Under the pieces are notes generated by a model, which saw nothing but the letters and a program-made list of their open reading frames with translations, was not told where the DNA came from and did no database searches. Positions 29,946-39,504 of a stretch of DNA of 64,000 bases are shown here, piece after piece. The stretch is from positions 166,111 to 230,110 of IMG/VR virus record IMGVR_UViG_3300029993_000005; one strand, given 5' to 3'. The translations under genes were made by a program, and so were the position numbers. How positions within the stretch are numbered: position 1 is the first letter of the stretch; each line of letters opens with the position of its first letter.

Positions 29946-30731
29946 ATGTACAATCCAAATTACAATAATATAAAACCGGGGCACCTGAAATGGTGGGTAA
30001 CCGTTGATCAAGTGCCTGAGAAAGTTTTCAAGGACGTAGAGAAATTAACTGGAAAATTCAAGATCGAGGACTGGACGGCTAAAGATGATGACGCGTTAAA
30101 GACCCAAATTTTGAAGTTCAAGTCTAGCAAGCAAATTACGCATTGGTTGCCTGCAGCCTTCTATGAACTAAAATTGACCAATCCTCGTCTTTGGAATAAA
30201 TTCTGGTATTTAAATAGAGGCTATCTTCTCATCTTGGAACTAATGCTAAATGACCAAGCCAAGACCGTAAATGCTAGCGAATGCTTGGTAAAGAAGTCGA
30301 AGATGACACCTGAGTTAAAAACATTCTTTGCCCGAACCTGCATTCAAGGAAGTCCAGAAACGCAAACAGTGATATCTCTTGTTCAGGGCTCTGCTGTTGT
30401 AGCCGCATTAGCCTTTAAAAAATTAACTGAAAACGGTGGCTACGAATTACTAGCCTATGGATCATCACTACGTATTCAAGGACTGGTACCGAAACTTAAA
30501 GAGGCCCTGTTGAAACTGACGGACGCCAAGTACATAATTTCGTTTAGCGTCAACTCAACTTCAACAGGGAGTCTGCAAAAAGCATTAGGTTTTACCAAAC
30601 TAAAAGACGTGGGTCCCGAAACAAAAGTTTGGTACGGTCCTAATCTAGTAGGTTCTAAAACTGGAGACTATGAAGTAGGACTACCCTCATTTGTTGACGC
30701 AGGTAAAACCAAGTGGAAGCTAGAGTTTTAA
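29946..30731 (+). CDS. Hef-like homing-endonuclease-related protein, probably degenerate, antisense in the tail module
   Basis: C-terminal IISFS..G..KALGF..W..VDAGKTKW resembles the Hef-like C-terminus; own TAGTAAATA motif at 29910. Confidence 0.45.
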   Translation: MYNPNYNNIKPGHLKWWVTVDQVPEKVFKDVEKLTGKFKIEDWTAKDDDALKTQILKFKSSKQITHWLPAAFYELKLTNPRLWNKFWYLNRGYLLILELMLNDQAKTVNASECLVKKSKMTPELKTFFARTCIQGSPETQTVISLVQGSAVVAALAFKKLTENGGYELLAYGSSLRIQGLVPKLKEALLKLTDAKYIISFSVNSTSTGSLQKALGFTKLKDVGPETKVWYGPNLVGSKTGDYEVGLPSFVDAGKTKWKLEF

Positions 30732-30768
30732 AAGTAGGGTGGGTAGGGTACCCTACCCACCCTACTTT
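30731..30768. repeat. Perfect 38-bp palindrome between convergent genes
   Basis: AAAGTAGGGTGGGTAGGG-TA-CCCTACCCACCCTACTTT. Confidence 0.95.
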
Positions 30769-30779
30769 GGCACCAACAA

Positions 30780-32732
30780 TCATTGAGGAGTAACTTGCGA
30801 GAGCGCTTCTGTAAAGGATACACCCTGTTGACTAATAACTACTTGGAGGTTAATAATATGCGTTGGCACCAGCGGAATTACGATCACCGTCACATTTCTA
30901 ATTCCAGAATTAAAATCCTGAGCCGTATTATTCGAGTTGTCACTAACAACAGTGAAACTAGAAATACCCCGAGCATTCTGAATAGATTGCAAGTAATCAG
31001 TACACGAGGCTACGATCTGACGGCCTAGAAAATCATCATTAGGTTCCTGCAGGGCGTATAGCAAGAAGTTATACAACGCTGTCTTCATCACGTTGACGAT
31101 TCGCCGTACACTAACCCATGACAGGGCACTAAATTGAGCAGCTAATGTTTGTTGTTCCCACAGAGCCGTACCTTGACCGATGAATGTTTGCGTGTAATTA
31201 ATCTGCGCATCAAACAGGTCATCCATCTGTCCAGCATCATAGGTGTAACGGGTACCCAATACATTGACGATACCTCGGTTTAAGCCCGCGATACTGAAAG
31301 ATGGATTGGCCACGCGGTCTGTACGTGCACACAGGGCTGCAGCCCAACCAGAGAACGGCACATACTGTTGCTTGCCATTAATCGTATCTGCTTCCAACAT
31401 ATCGGGGCTAAAGATCGCGCTGTACGTTGAATTAAGATTAAGCTGCAGATTCCTATAGTTCAAGGCATTCTGGAACTGCTGGCTAGCACTTGGCATATCA
31501 ATTAAAGATACACAATCACCACGAGATTGAGCCAGTGTATCCATTGCTAGTTGAACGGTGGGCGTCGAGTTACCCGAGTTCAGCAATATATTGATCGAAT
31601 ACAATTGTTTATTCTGGAACGTCGACCACGCAGCTGCTACGTCATACGGTGTAGGAGCTGTTCCCGAGTCACCGCCAGCCATTGCAGTGGAAGCCACGCT
31701 ATCAATAGGCGGCAAGTCAACAGGATAGCCAGGAAGCGCCGGTACATTGGATGTCACTTGAATATACTGAGAGAACGGGTTAATCCGCTGCTCCAATTCG
31801 GTCTCCATACCCGTGCTATCCGTGTAATCAATTAAAGAGCAGTTGAACTGTTCCACAGGGTAATTCAGACTCTGGCTCAAACTATAAACGTTTAGGCCGA
31901 AAGTGGGGCTGGGTGCTGCAACATTGGCCGGACTGGTAATAGGCAGAATCGCAGGATTGGGGATCAGTGCCCCTGTATCGATGAAGCTCGATGTACCCTG
32001 CCCAATCGTTGCCATAAGCCCGTAGGTGCCCCCAGTAACCCGCCCATACAGGTTATAACCGATGGCATTGGGGTCAATCACCCAGGTTACGGTCACCGTA
32101 TTCGTCACACCCATACCACTAATAATGATCTGGGCAGGAGCTGAGGCCAGGGTCTCACCTGCGGGACCCAAGCTAGAGACCTGGTACTGGTAGGTACCGG
32201 CTACTAGGGTGCCGCCTGTCAGGGCTGAGGCTAAGGTAGGTTCGGCTGGTTGCTGAAGATTAGAGCTAACAATCGAGATTGCTAGGTTATCCCCGTAGCT
32301 TCCGGGTCCCAAATTCGGGTAGAACAGAGCCAGTGCTTCGTTAGTAGAACCTACAGGCAGAATAGCTGCCCAATCGGGTTGGGTAGGATCGACAATACCT
32401 GCTGCAATTGGCGTCAAATAGGTTAAGACGCCATCGCTCCACATGAGAACTGATGAGTAAAGTGCACCTTCACCAACAACTCTAAGGCCCCAGAGTTGAT
32501 TACCTTCACTGAAATAATCTAAGGCGCAGTAGACGTCGAAACTGATCTGCGCATTTGGATTACCATACTGGCTCAAATAGTTCTGACCATTGGTGAATAG
32601 TTTAGGACTAGTCGATCCTTGGTTGGATACTATAACTTGGGCTACTACGGATGTTGAGGCCGAGGTAATAACTTGAGAGAGATTAATTTCCTGGATTATT
32701 ACCTTACTCGACTGCTGTGCTGAGATGGTCAT
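30780..32732 (-). CDS. Tail sheath protein
   Basis: PGSYGDNL, RGDCVSLIDMP, YSAIFSP, PFSGWAAA, PSFSIAGLNRG, GTALWEQQTL, VSVRR; fibronectin/Ig-like insertion. Confidence 0.93.
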   Translation of the reverse strand: MTISAQQSSKVIIQEINLSQVITSASTSVVAQVIVSNQGSTSPKLFTNGQNYLSQYGNPNAQISFDVYCALDYFSEGNQLWGLRVVGEGALYSSVLMWSDGVLTYLTPIAAGIVDPTQPDWAAILPVGSTNEALALFYPNLGPGSYGDNLAISIVSSNLQQPAEPTLASALTGGTLVAGTYQYQVSSLGPAGETLASAPAQIIISGMGVTNTVTVTWVIDPNAIGYNLYGRVTGGTYGLMATIGQGTSSFIDTGALIPNPAILPITSPANVAAPSPTFGLNVYSLSQSLNYPVEQFNCSLIDYTDSTGMETELEQRINPFSQYIQVTSNVPALPGYPVDLPPIDSVASTAMAGGDSGTAPTPYDVAAAWSTFQNKQLYSINILLNSGNSTPTVQLAMDTLAQSRGDCVSLIDMPSASQQFQNALNYRNLQLNLNSTYSAIFSPDMLEADTINGKQQYVPFSGWAAALCARTDRVANPSFSIAGLNRGIVNVLGTRYTYDAGQMDDLFDAQINYTQTFIGQGTALWEQQTLAAQFSALSWVSVRRIVNVMKTALYNFLLYALQEPNDDFLGRQIVASCTDYLQSIQNARGISSFTVVSDNSNNTAQDFNSGIRNVTVIVIPLVPTHIINLQVVISQQGVSFTEALSQVTPQ

Positions 32733-33097
32733 TATGCGTTCTCCGTTTTCGTGGGCGTTGCACTAGCGGAGGACTGAGCTGCACTAGAGGCCGTAGTTGC
32801 TACAACAGTCGCGGGAATTGGAACTGGAACTGGAGCTGTCACCGTCTTTGATTGAGCCATAGTCCGGGGCTTTGAAGAATTGGTCTTGACCGGAGGCTTA
32901 CTATTAGAAGTGCTAACCGTTGTTGGCGTGAACGATTTCACCGTATTCGGATGCAGGGCTTCCCAGTTAGGATCAACAACAAATCCTGCAGGTAGATCAA
33001 CACGTCCCTTAGGACTAATACGGGCACCGCCTTTGATTCCTGACGAATTAATCGTGTCCGGAAACTGACTTACTTTAGTTAAGTTAACGACTCTCAT
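32732..33097 (-). CDS. Probable virion protein with a Ser/Thr/Ala-rich tail
   Basis: TAATG coupling on both sides. Confidence 0.65.
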   Translation of the reverse strand: MRVVNLTKVSQFPDTINSSGIKGGARISPKGRVDLPAGFVVDPNWEALHPNTVKSFTPTTVSTSNSKPPVKTNSSKPRTMAQSKTVTAPVPVPIPATVVATTASSAAQSSASATPTKTENA

Positions 33098-33777
33098 TAC
33101 TGCTCCTCTGTAGGGAAGGCGAAGAACTGCGAGCTAACAATTTGGCTGTTCACGCCTCCGATTTGTGCATTCACATTGATTTGATTCGTCTTGCCCATTT
33201 TTGCAGTGTAGGGTTCACTGATATAGCCGTGGATAGTGGCTAGTACAGTAATTTCGTATTTCGTTTCTTGCTCTACGATATTTTCACGCTGAGGAATATT
33301 GATTGACTCAGCTAGCGTCAGGCCTATGCCGAATTGTTTCAAGCCATAGTCCACACTGAACTTTAAATAGCCTGCTCTTCTGGCTAGGAGCCATCGTCGG
33401 ACAAATGCCCTAACCGATCCTTGCTCTATAGAATCAAATTTGTTGGTTACGTAGGTCACTTCGATGTCGAAATTAGTGGGTTGAATCCGCGCCATTTGAA
33501 TTGTGTCGTCAGATCTCACACCAATCCTAATTCCCCTACGTACCCATTGATGAGGGTTATAACTTTCGTTGTTGACGCTAGTCGTCTGGATCACAAAATA
33601 AGCATAGGGATAAGTCAGCGTCTTTCCCTGACCGAATAGCGCATCTAGGACCTTCGTCTTATCGTTCTGGTTAATGAACGCACATTTAGCACAACCGAAT
33701 ACTTGCTGGAATCGTTGAGCAAATCCCTCCATCACAAACATGTCCAGGGGTTGTACTGAAGGATCACTCATAAGCAA
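33097..33777 (-). CDS. Probable tail completion / terminator-type protein
   Basis: 226 aa directly upstream of the sheath operon; YPY..F, F..EV.YVT beta pattern. Confidence 0.45.
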   Translation of the reverse strand: MLMSDPSVQPLDMFVMEGFAQRFQQVFGCAKCAFINQNDKTKVLDALFGQGKTLTYPYAYFVIQTTSVNNESYNPHQWVRRGIRIGVRSDDTIQMARIQPTNFDIEVTYVTNKFDSIEQGSVRAFVRRWLLARRAGYLKFSVDYGLKQFGIGLTLAESINIPQRENIVEQETKYEITVLATIHGYISEPYTAKMGKTNQINVNAQIGGVNSQIVSSQFFAFPTEEQ

Positions 33778-33810
33778 CTCCTTTGTGTAGTACTAAAACT
33801 AAAACTAAAA

Positions 33811-33849
33811 GAAAAAGGGCACGGCGGTTCGAATCACCGGCGTGCCCTT
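33811..33849 (-). terminator. Intrinsic terminator
   Basis: 14-bp stem AAGGGCACGCCGGU/ACCGCCGUGCCCUU with one mismatch, followed by a U-tract. Confidence 0.85.
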
Positions 33850-33877
33850 CTTTGTTGAAACTTTTGACTATGGATTA

Positions 33878-34297
33878 TTACTTTTTCTTGGTAGGAATCA
33901 ATTCAGCCAAGGCTTTAGCAAACAGAGCTTTAGCCAATGCCTCTTTATCATCCGTCTTATCCTCGTCCTCAACAGCCTCGTCTTCTACTTCTTCAGGCTC
34001 GCCTTCGGGTTCGGCTTCAGCCTCAACCTCTTTACCCTCTTCGTCTTGGTCACCAACCAGATGATCCAGAGCTTTTTCTTCAGCCGCTTTTACCTTAACT
34101 TTCTTGGCATTAGCCGTAGCCTCTACCTTGGCTGTGTAGGCCTGAGCATTATTATGCTCAAGAATAGCGATAGCCGACTGCACGTCCGGTTGGCTAAGAG
34201 CTTTAGCAAAAAGAGCTGCTGCCGTTTTAGGCTTGCCCTTTGATGCTTGCTCCATGGCCAATACCACGTAGTCCAAGGACTTGTTGTAAGTCTTCAT
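33878..34297 (-). CDS. Acidic head-module protein
   Basis: Glu/Asp-rich; internal repeat ALFAKAL x2; last gene of the capsid transcript. Confidence 0.7.
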   Translation of the reverse strand: MKTYNKSLDYVVLAMEQASKGKPKTAAALFAKALSQPDVQSAIAILEHNNAQAYTAKVEATANAKKVKVKAAEEKALDHLVGDQDEEGKEVEAEAEPEGEPEEVEDEAVEDEDKTDDKEALAKALFAKALAELIPTKKK

Positions 34298-34348
34298 GAT
34301 TCATTCCTTTTGAATTCGGTAATTGTAAGGTTCGACGTATTTTGAGCA

Positions 34349-35377
34349 CTAAATCAACAACTTTAAATTGAGCAAGCGTGTAATCTCATTTTTAGTCCAG
34401 AACTTTTCAGTGGGGTAAAACATCCCATCGATATGAACATAAGTCTTGTACTCGGCAAAATGCAGACTTGCAGCTTCCGCTTTAGCACGGTTCTCTATCA
34501 GAGCTTCTTCTTTGGGCATCCAGTGATAATCTCTTAACCCTAGAGACGACAAATCTTTAATCTCTATATAAGTATCTCCAACCTTAAAATCTGGAGAATA
34601 CTTAGCCATTCTATTTAGTCTTGGATTAAAATAATCTACTGATTCCTTGGGTTCATATACTATGTCGTCAACGGGAGTAGCCCTGTGTTTAACTAAATGC
34701 TCAACAAAGGCTTTCTCGATCAACGACCTAGTATTGAAATCCTTACCATTAATTCTGAACTTAAACCATATGTGATTTGGGTGGCAGATAGGACATATTC
34801 CAATAGTTTTTAGCTTGAAGAGAGTTTCAGGTTGATGACTTACCTTATGCCCACATTTAATATATTGATGCAAGATCGGAGTCTTCGTACCTTTATACTT
34901 CTCTATGACACGTATGTTATTACTACGTTCTGTCACTTCAGCTACATAAACATCATTCGGTTTCTTAACCCAAGGTCTACACTTGGAGCACGGATCTATG
35001 CACATATTGAAACAAGACAATCGCATGTCGAACACAAAACCGCAGTTATGCTTGTAGGTGAAAACAGTGCTATCTTTACTGCCTTCACCTTCTGTAATTT
35101 TTATGCATTTGTAGTCACCTTTACCTGCACTTTTTAGATGTTCGGTATAAGTTTTAGGCGTTCTCTTAACTTTGTAGAACTGCCGTTTATGAGTACATCT
35201 ACATGCGTGTCCCATCTTACTGTGCTTGCATTCAACAATCCGCAACTCATTACAAGCATTACATTTAACCTCAAACTTGCGGTCACCCAAGACCCTGAGC
35301 AACTTATAGTTAAACGTTACTGAATACTTGTGAGCATAGTCCTCAGGACTAAGTGGTTTAGGTCCAGTCTTTGCCAT
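34349..35377 (-). mobile_element. Putative free-standing homing endonuclease (Zn-ribbon repeats plus PD-(D/E)xK domain)
   Basis: Several CxxC and H.CG..F units; YSPDFKVGDTYIEIK; inserted after the capsid gene; ATG 35377 preferred over TTG 35389. Confidence 0.7.
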
Positions 35378-35535
35378 TATTCTGTCCAATAATATTTAAT
35401 TTGATGAGGTAGATTAGTCCGGACAGGAACCAATCAGGGCCGCTAAACCTTTTCCCTCAAACTCGTTCAAGCTTCTGATAGAGAACCGCGCTAAACACGG
35501 AGTCTTAAGGCTTATTGTTGATTAAACGTTGGTGC

Positions 35536-36627
35536 CTACACACGTAAACCTTTCGCGACGGATCTGCTGTTGGCGATAGACACGGCCAAACTTTCATACA
35601 TCACCCATCCGCGACCCGGAATACGCTCAATAGAAATGTCGATAGGTTGCGATTGCAGGCCACCACGATCCGAGTAAGCACCGTGATTCAATGCATCGGC
35701 AATGACGAAGAACTCACCTTGGTTCAACACCTTATGTTCCGGATGACGATAAGCGTCCGAAGTAATCGTGCAACCATACATCACACCCAGTTCACCGGTC
35801 AGCAACAACTCGTGACGTGCAACCGGATCAATGGCGGCAAAGAAATCCGAATTACCGATGATGTCCTGATAGATATCGGTAGCGATCAGGACATGCGGTG
35901 CTTTCAGGCCCCAGCGCGTAACGTTCGTCATTACTTGAGCGAACGTGTAGGGCGTAAGCTGACCTGAGATAATCGACAGCGGATTATCAATACCTACGAT
36001 CTGATTCACCTGGTTGTACCACAAGCGATCTTCACCCACCATGATTGCTTCGGTTGCTTCAACATACTTCTCTTGCAGAACGTCGCCAGCTGATTGGTTC
36101 AACTCGTTCATCGGAATAAACGGACGAGTAACGACTTGCATTTCCGGCGGTGTAAACCATTTATCGCGAGTGATCTGCGACTGAATCTTGGTGGGGCTAG
36201 TCGAGTACACAGCCGTTACGTTTTTAGTACGCAAGGGGAACCGTGGGATAGCGCCTTGCTCGACGGTAATCTTCGTCAAGTACTTGCGCATAAAACCCTG
36301 ACGATTTGCCGTGATATACAAAGAATCGCTAATCTTTTCACCCAAGACACGATGGGCTTCTTTGTCGTTGAACGCTGCTTGCACTAGTTCGCGACTAAGC
36401 TTGACTTGTTGCTCTGCGCTAGCAAATACACCATCAGCAGCCAAGGAACCATTCGAGGATGCAGCCAAGAACTTTTGTTGGCGGTTAATAAGGTCACGTT
36501 TATCCGATGCATTAATTTCACCGTTACGACCAATTGCACGCTCACCTTCTTGCATGCCGTCGAAACGATACTCGGATGCTGCCACCATTGGCGTCTTCGA
36601 CGCCCGAACCTGAACTTTTGTACGCAT
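35536..36627 (-). CDS. Major capsid protein
   Basis: 363 aa in protease-scaffold-decoration-MCP order; GGAG RBS; AIMVGEDRL, GELGVMYG patterns. Confidence 0.85.
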   Translation of the reverse strand: MRTKVQVRASKTPMVAASEYRFDGMQEGERAIGRNGEINASDKRDLINRQQKFLAASSNGSLAADGVFASAEQQVKLSRELVQAAFNDKEAHRVLGEKISDSLYITANRQGFMRKYLTKITVEQGAIPRFPLRTKNVTAVYSTSPTKIQSQITRDKWFTPPEMQVVTRPFIPMNELNQSAGDVLQEKYVEATEAIMVGEDRLWYNQVNQIVGIDNPLSIISGQLTPYTFAQVMTNVTRWGLKAPHVLIATDIYQDIIGNSDFFAAIDPVARHELLLTGELGVMYGCTITSDAYRHPEHKVLNQGEFFVIADALNHGAYSDRGGLQSQPIDISIERIPGRGWVMYESLAVSIANSRSVAKGLRV

Positions 36628-36653
36628 CTTAATACTCCGTTATTTTGTTTAAG

Positions 36654-36693
36654 TTAGGACCACTAATTAAATGATTAACCTTAGTGATCCTAA
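36654..36693. promoter_or_regulatory. Inverted repeat overlapping a promoter-like motif upstream of MCP
   Basis: TTAGGA-C-CACTAA [TTAAATGATTAACC] TTAGTG-A-TCCTAA. Confidence 0.5.
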
Positions 36694-36712
36694 ATTTGTT
36701 CTTAACTAGTTA

Positions 36713-37414
36713 TCAATTCGAGGCCGAGAACTCAATACCCAACCACGGATAGTCTTGACCCGGAACAGCAATAACCGAACCAGGAATACCCACATTCGGG
36801 CCAGCAGTAGTGTTAGCCAAAGTAACTTGACCACTCGCACCCAAGGCCAATTGCGTAGCAGTAGTCGAACCCGCAGCAGCCCAGTTTTGCGAAGCATCGA
36901 ATTCCGAGGTGAAGATGACACCGCGAGTAGCAACGCCGATTTGACCCACGTAGGCACCGCTGTAACCACCCGGTTGAACATCACCAAACAAGGCCCGTTC
37001 TTGAACAATGGTCAGGCTGTACTTGTAGGTAACGTTCACCGTGTCACCAGCGGTCAGGCCCGTGACCTGATTACCAACAACCGTCGGGCTAGTAACCGGA
37101 GCATTAGCCGTAACGTCGAATACGAAAACCTGACCAGAAACCGGCGTCAGGCTCAACGTAATTGCCCCCGTCGACGGAACCAGGAATTGTTCTACTTTGT
37201 TGTAATACGATTCAGGGAAAGGCAAGGCCGAGGTACCGGCAACAACGAACCCTTGGAAAATATCAGATGCGGTACCCGTCGATACCAAAACACCGGCCGA
37301 AGTATTACCTTGAGTACGAACCAAGGCCTGGCCTTCAGCCAAAAAGATTGCGCCGGGTGCAGTCAGCATCTCGGTCGAATCGGAGAGTCGAGTTCCTGGA
37401 AAATACAAGCTCAT
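36713..37414 (-). CDS. Head decoration / minor capsid protein
   Basis: Gly/Thr/Val-rich, directly upstream of MCP. Confidence 0.65.
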   Translation of the reverse strand: MSLYFPGTRLSDSTEMLTAPGAIFLAEGQALVRTQGNTSAGVLVSTGTASDIFQGFVVAGTSALPFPESYYNKVEQFLVPSTGAITLSLTPVSGQVFVFDVTANAPVTSPTVVGNQVTGLTAGDTVNVTYKYSLTIVQERALFGDVQPGGYSGAYVGQIGVATRGVIFTSEFDASQNWAAAGSTTATQLALGASGQVTLANTTAGPNVGIPGSVIAVPGQDYPWLGIEFSASN

Positions 37415-37533
37415 GATGTGAAACTCCTGTTTGGAATTTGTAAATAATTAGGCAGCGGGAACTATAAAACTTGAAGTGTTAATTAAGTTCCCGTCACCAT
37501 TAAATTAAGGATTGTGTGAACTTAGACTTAGGA

Positions 37534-39177
37534 TTAAGCAAAAGGCAAAGGAGCTTTACCCGAAAGCACGGCCGCAGCATTTACCGAATAACCGGTTGAG
37601 CTTGCCTTTACTTCGTTGATACGGCGATGAATCGGTCCACGCAACAGCGCTGCTTGAACCGTGTTGGGGGCCTGTTCTTCTGCAAATTCATCGTTGAACT
37701 CGTCATCAGAATCACCAGCAGCGAATTCCGATTGAAAATCCGGGCTAGCCGAGTCACCGAACAAGTCTTCTTCGTCATCAGTGCTGGTGCCTGCTTCATC
37801 GCTAGTCATGTCCAAGGCAGATGCAAATGCATTACGTTGAACTTCAGGCAAGCCCGAAAGTTTGTTAGCAACAGTGAGAATCGATTTAGCGTAATCCACA
37901 CCGTAGCTAGCAAATACCCGACGAACTAACGACACGCCACCGCGAACACCTGCAGCCTGCAATTCTTCTTCTAGGGCTGCACGCAGTTCATTGCGCGTAT
38001 CCTTGAAGTACTGTTTGTTGATGCCAACAGCAGCAATTGCCAAGCATTGATTCAGGGCATCGTTAGAAACTTGATTAGAACGACGAACGGCAGCTGTCAA
38101 TTTAGCGGCTTTAGCCTCAACACGTTTGTTCAGTACTTCTTGAGAACCTACGTTGACGGTGGCCAGTACAAATCCCATCTTTTTCAAGCCCGCACGCAAG
38201 CCATGTTTTTGCATCTCAACTTCAGTTACTTCCTGGAATTGATCCGACAAATACATGTCGCCATGACCCGCTTTTACAGCTACTTTTTTGCCCAGAGATG
38301 CAACAATACGATTAGCTTTAATTGCGTGAACTCGGGTCCCCACAGTAGCGAATACAACGTCGTCGCCTTCATCATCCGTACCATCTACGTCCAACAAGGC
38401 TACGTTGTCTGCTTTATCAGCAACGGGTGCAACTTCAAGCTCATCCGAATCTTCAGTGTCCGTGTCCGTGTCGTCTTCGTCGTCAAACTCCGAATTAACT
38501 TCTTCGGCGTCACCGGCGTCCCAGTTATCATCAACTTCCAACAGCGATTGAGGATTGTCACCGTCTTTCAATTCGACTTCCTCGTTATCGAAATCGGCAT
38601 CGACTTCATCTGCTTCCTCCGTATCATCCGAATCTTCAGTGTCAGTGTCTGCATCTGAGCCAACCGTCAAATAACCGGCAGCAGGATCAACTGCATTCGG
38701 AAGATTAGTGGTTGCTTGCTGGCCCGGTACATTCGGATCGTTGTCAGCCTTAACTTTATTGGCTTTCAAGGTTCCAGAATCAGGACCACCGGCTTTAAAA
38801 TTAGCATCAGCATCGGGACCTTTAACCGTATCTAGATCAACTTCATCAGCTGCATCATCAGCGTCCAATCTGGCTTGCGCAGGATGTTTCTTGGGCGAAA
38901 CCTTCGACAGAGGAACTGGTTTAGTTTTACCCGGCTTAGCCGCTGCCGTGGTTCGACCCCCGTTGTTCATCTTCGATTTCTTGTTGTATTCTTCGTTGTT
39001 ATTGAAGTGTGTAGAACCGCCTTCGTCGTCCTCCGGATCAGTCAGAGTTTCCGGCACTTGATGGTTCAAAGCCTGTTGACCATTATCGTCAGCGGGCTTC
39101 GTCGTGTTATTTGGAAAATGCGTGCTGGTGCTAGACTGGGCTTCAGCTTCGACTTTCCGCTTGGTACCGATGGTCAT
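37534..39177 (-). CDS. Head scaffolding protein
   Basis: Very acidic low-complexity tracts plus a helical C-terminus, between protease and MCP. Confidence 0.65.
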   Translation of the reverse strand: MTIGTKRKVEAEAQSSTSTHFPNNTTKPADDNGQQALNHQVPETLTDPEDDEGGSTHFNNNEEYNKKSKMNNGGRTTAAAKPGKTKPVPLSKVSPKKHPAQARLDADDAADEVDLDTVKGPDADANFKAGGPDSGTLKANKVKADNDPNVPGQQATTNLPNAVDPAAGYLTVGSDADTDTEDSDDTEEADEVDADFDNEEVELKDGDNPQSLLEVDDNWDAGDAEEVNSEFDDEDDTDTDTEDSDELEVAPVADKADNVALLDVDGTDDEGDDVVFATVGTRVHAIKANRIVASLGKKVAVKAGHGDMYLSDQFQEVTEVEMQKHGLRAGLKKMGFVLATVNVGSQEVLNKRVEAKAAKLTAAVRRSNQVSNDALNQCLAIAAVGINKQYFKDTRNELRAALEEELQAAGVRGGVSLVRRVFASYGVDYAKSILTVANKLSGLPEVQRNAFASALDMTSDEAGTSTDDEEDLFGDSASPDFQSEFAAGDSDDEFNDEFAEEQAPNTVQAALLRGPIHRRINEVKASSTGYSVNAAAVLSGKAPLPFA

Positions 39178-39451
39178 AGTGTTCCTCGCTCAAAAGTTAA
39201 TATGTAGGGATTACAATGACGCGCGTCCTAATAATCTCACATACAGTAAAATTAACGTATGTGCGGAATTAAGAATCGGAATTTGAATTACAAATGCTGG
39301 GGATTGATAACTGGATTTTAAATTTAATTAATAACTACGAATAATTATTAATTAAGCTGTAGGACGAATGTGGGTGCCGAGTATTTATAATTAAATACTG
39401 GAAATTGAAGAGTGAGGAGTGAAGAGTTAATAACGCATTGAGGACAAAAAG

Positions 39452-39487
39452 AAAGCCACCGATTTCATTTAAGAAAAGGGTGGCTTT
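39452..39487 (-). terminator. Terminator after the protease gene
   Basis: AAAGCCACC/GGTGGCTTT stem followed by CUUUUU on the - strand. Confidence 0.7.
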
Positions 39488-39504
39488 TATACTGCTAATT
39501 AAAA

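Noticed and set aside
33792-33809. (ACTAAA)x3
   Set aside because: Short low-complexity extension of a terminator U-tract.
33826-33835. GGTTCGAATC, a tRNA T-loop consensus
   Set aside because: It forms the loop of a terminator hairpin; no D-arm, anticodon arm or acceptor stem surrounds it.
34286-34297. MKTY start resembling the T4 capsid-targeting sequence MKTYQEF
   Set aside because: Only four residues match and the rest differs.
35390-35535. Group I intron core next to the endonuclease
   Set aside because: No recognisable P3/P7 or J8/7 elements, and the MCP frame is complete with its own stop.
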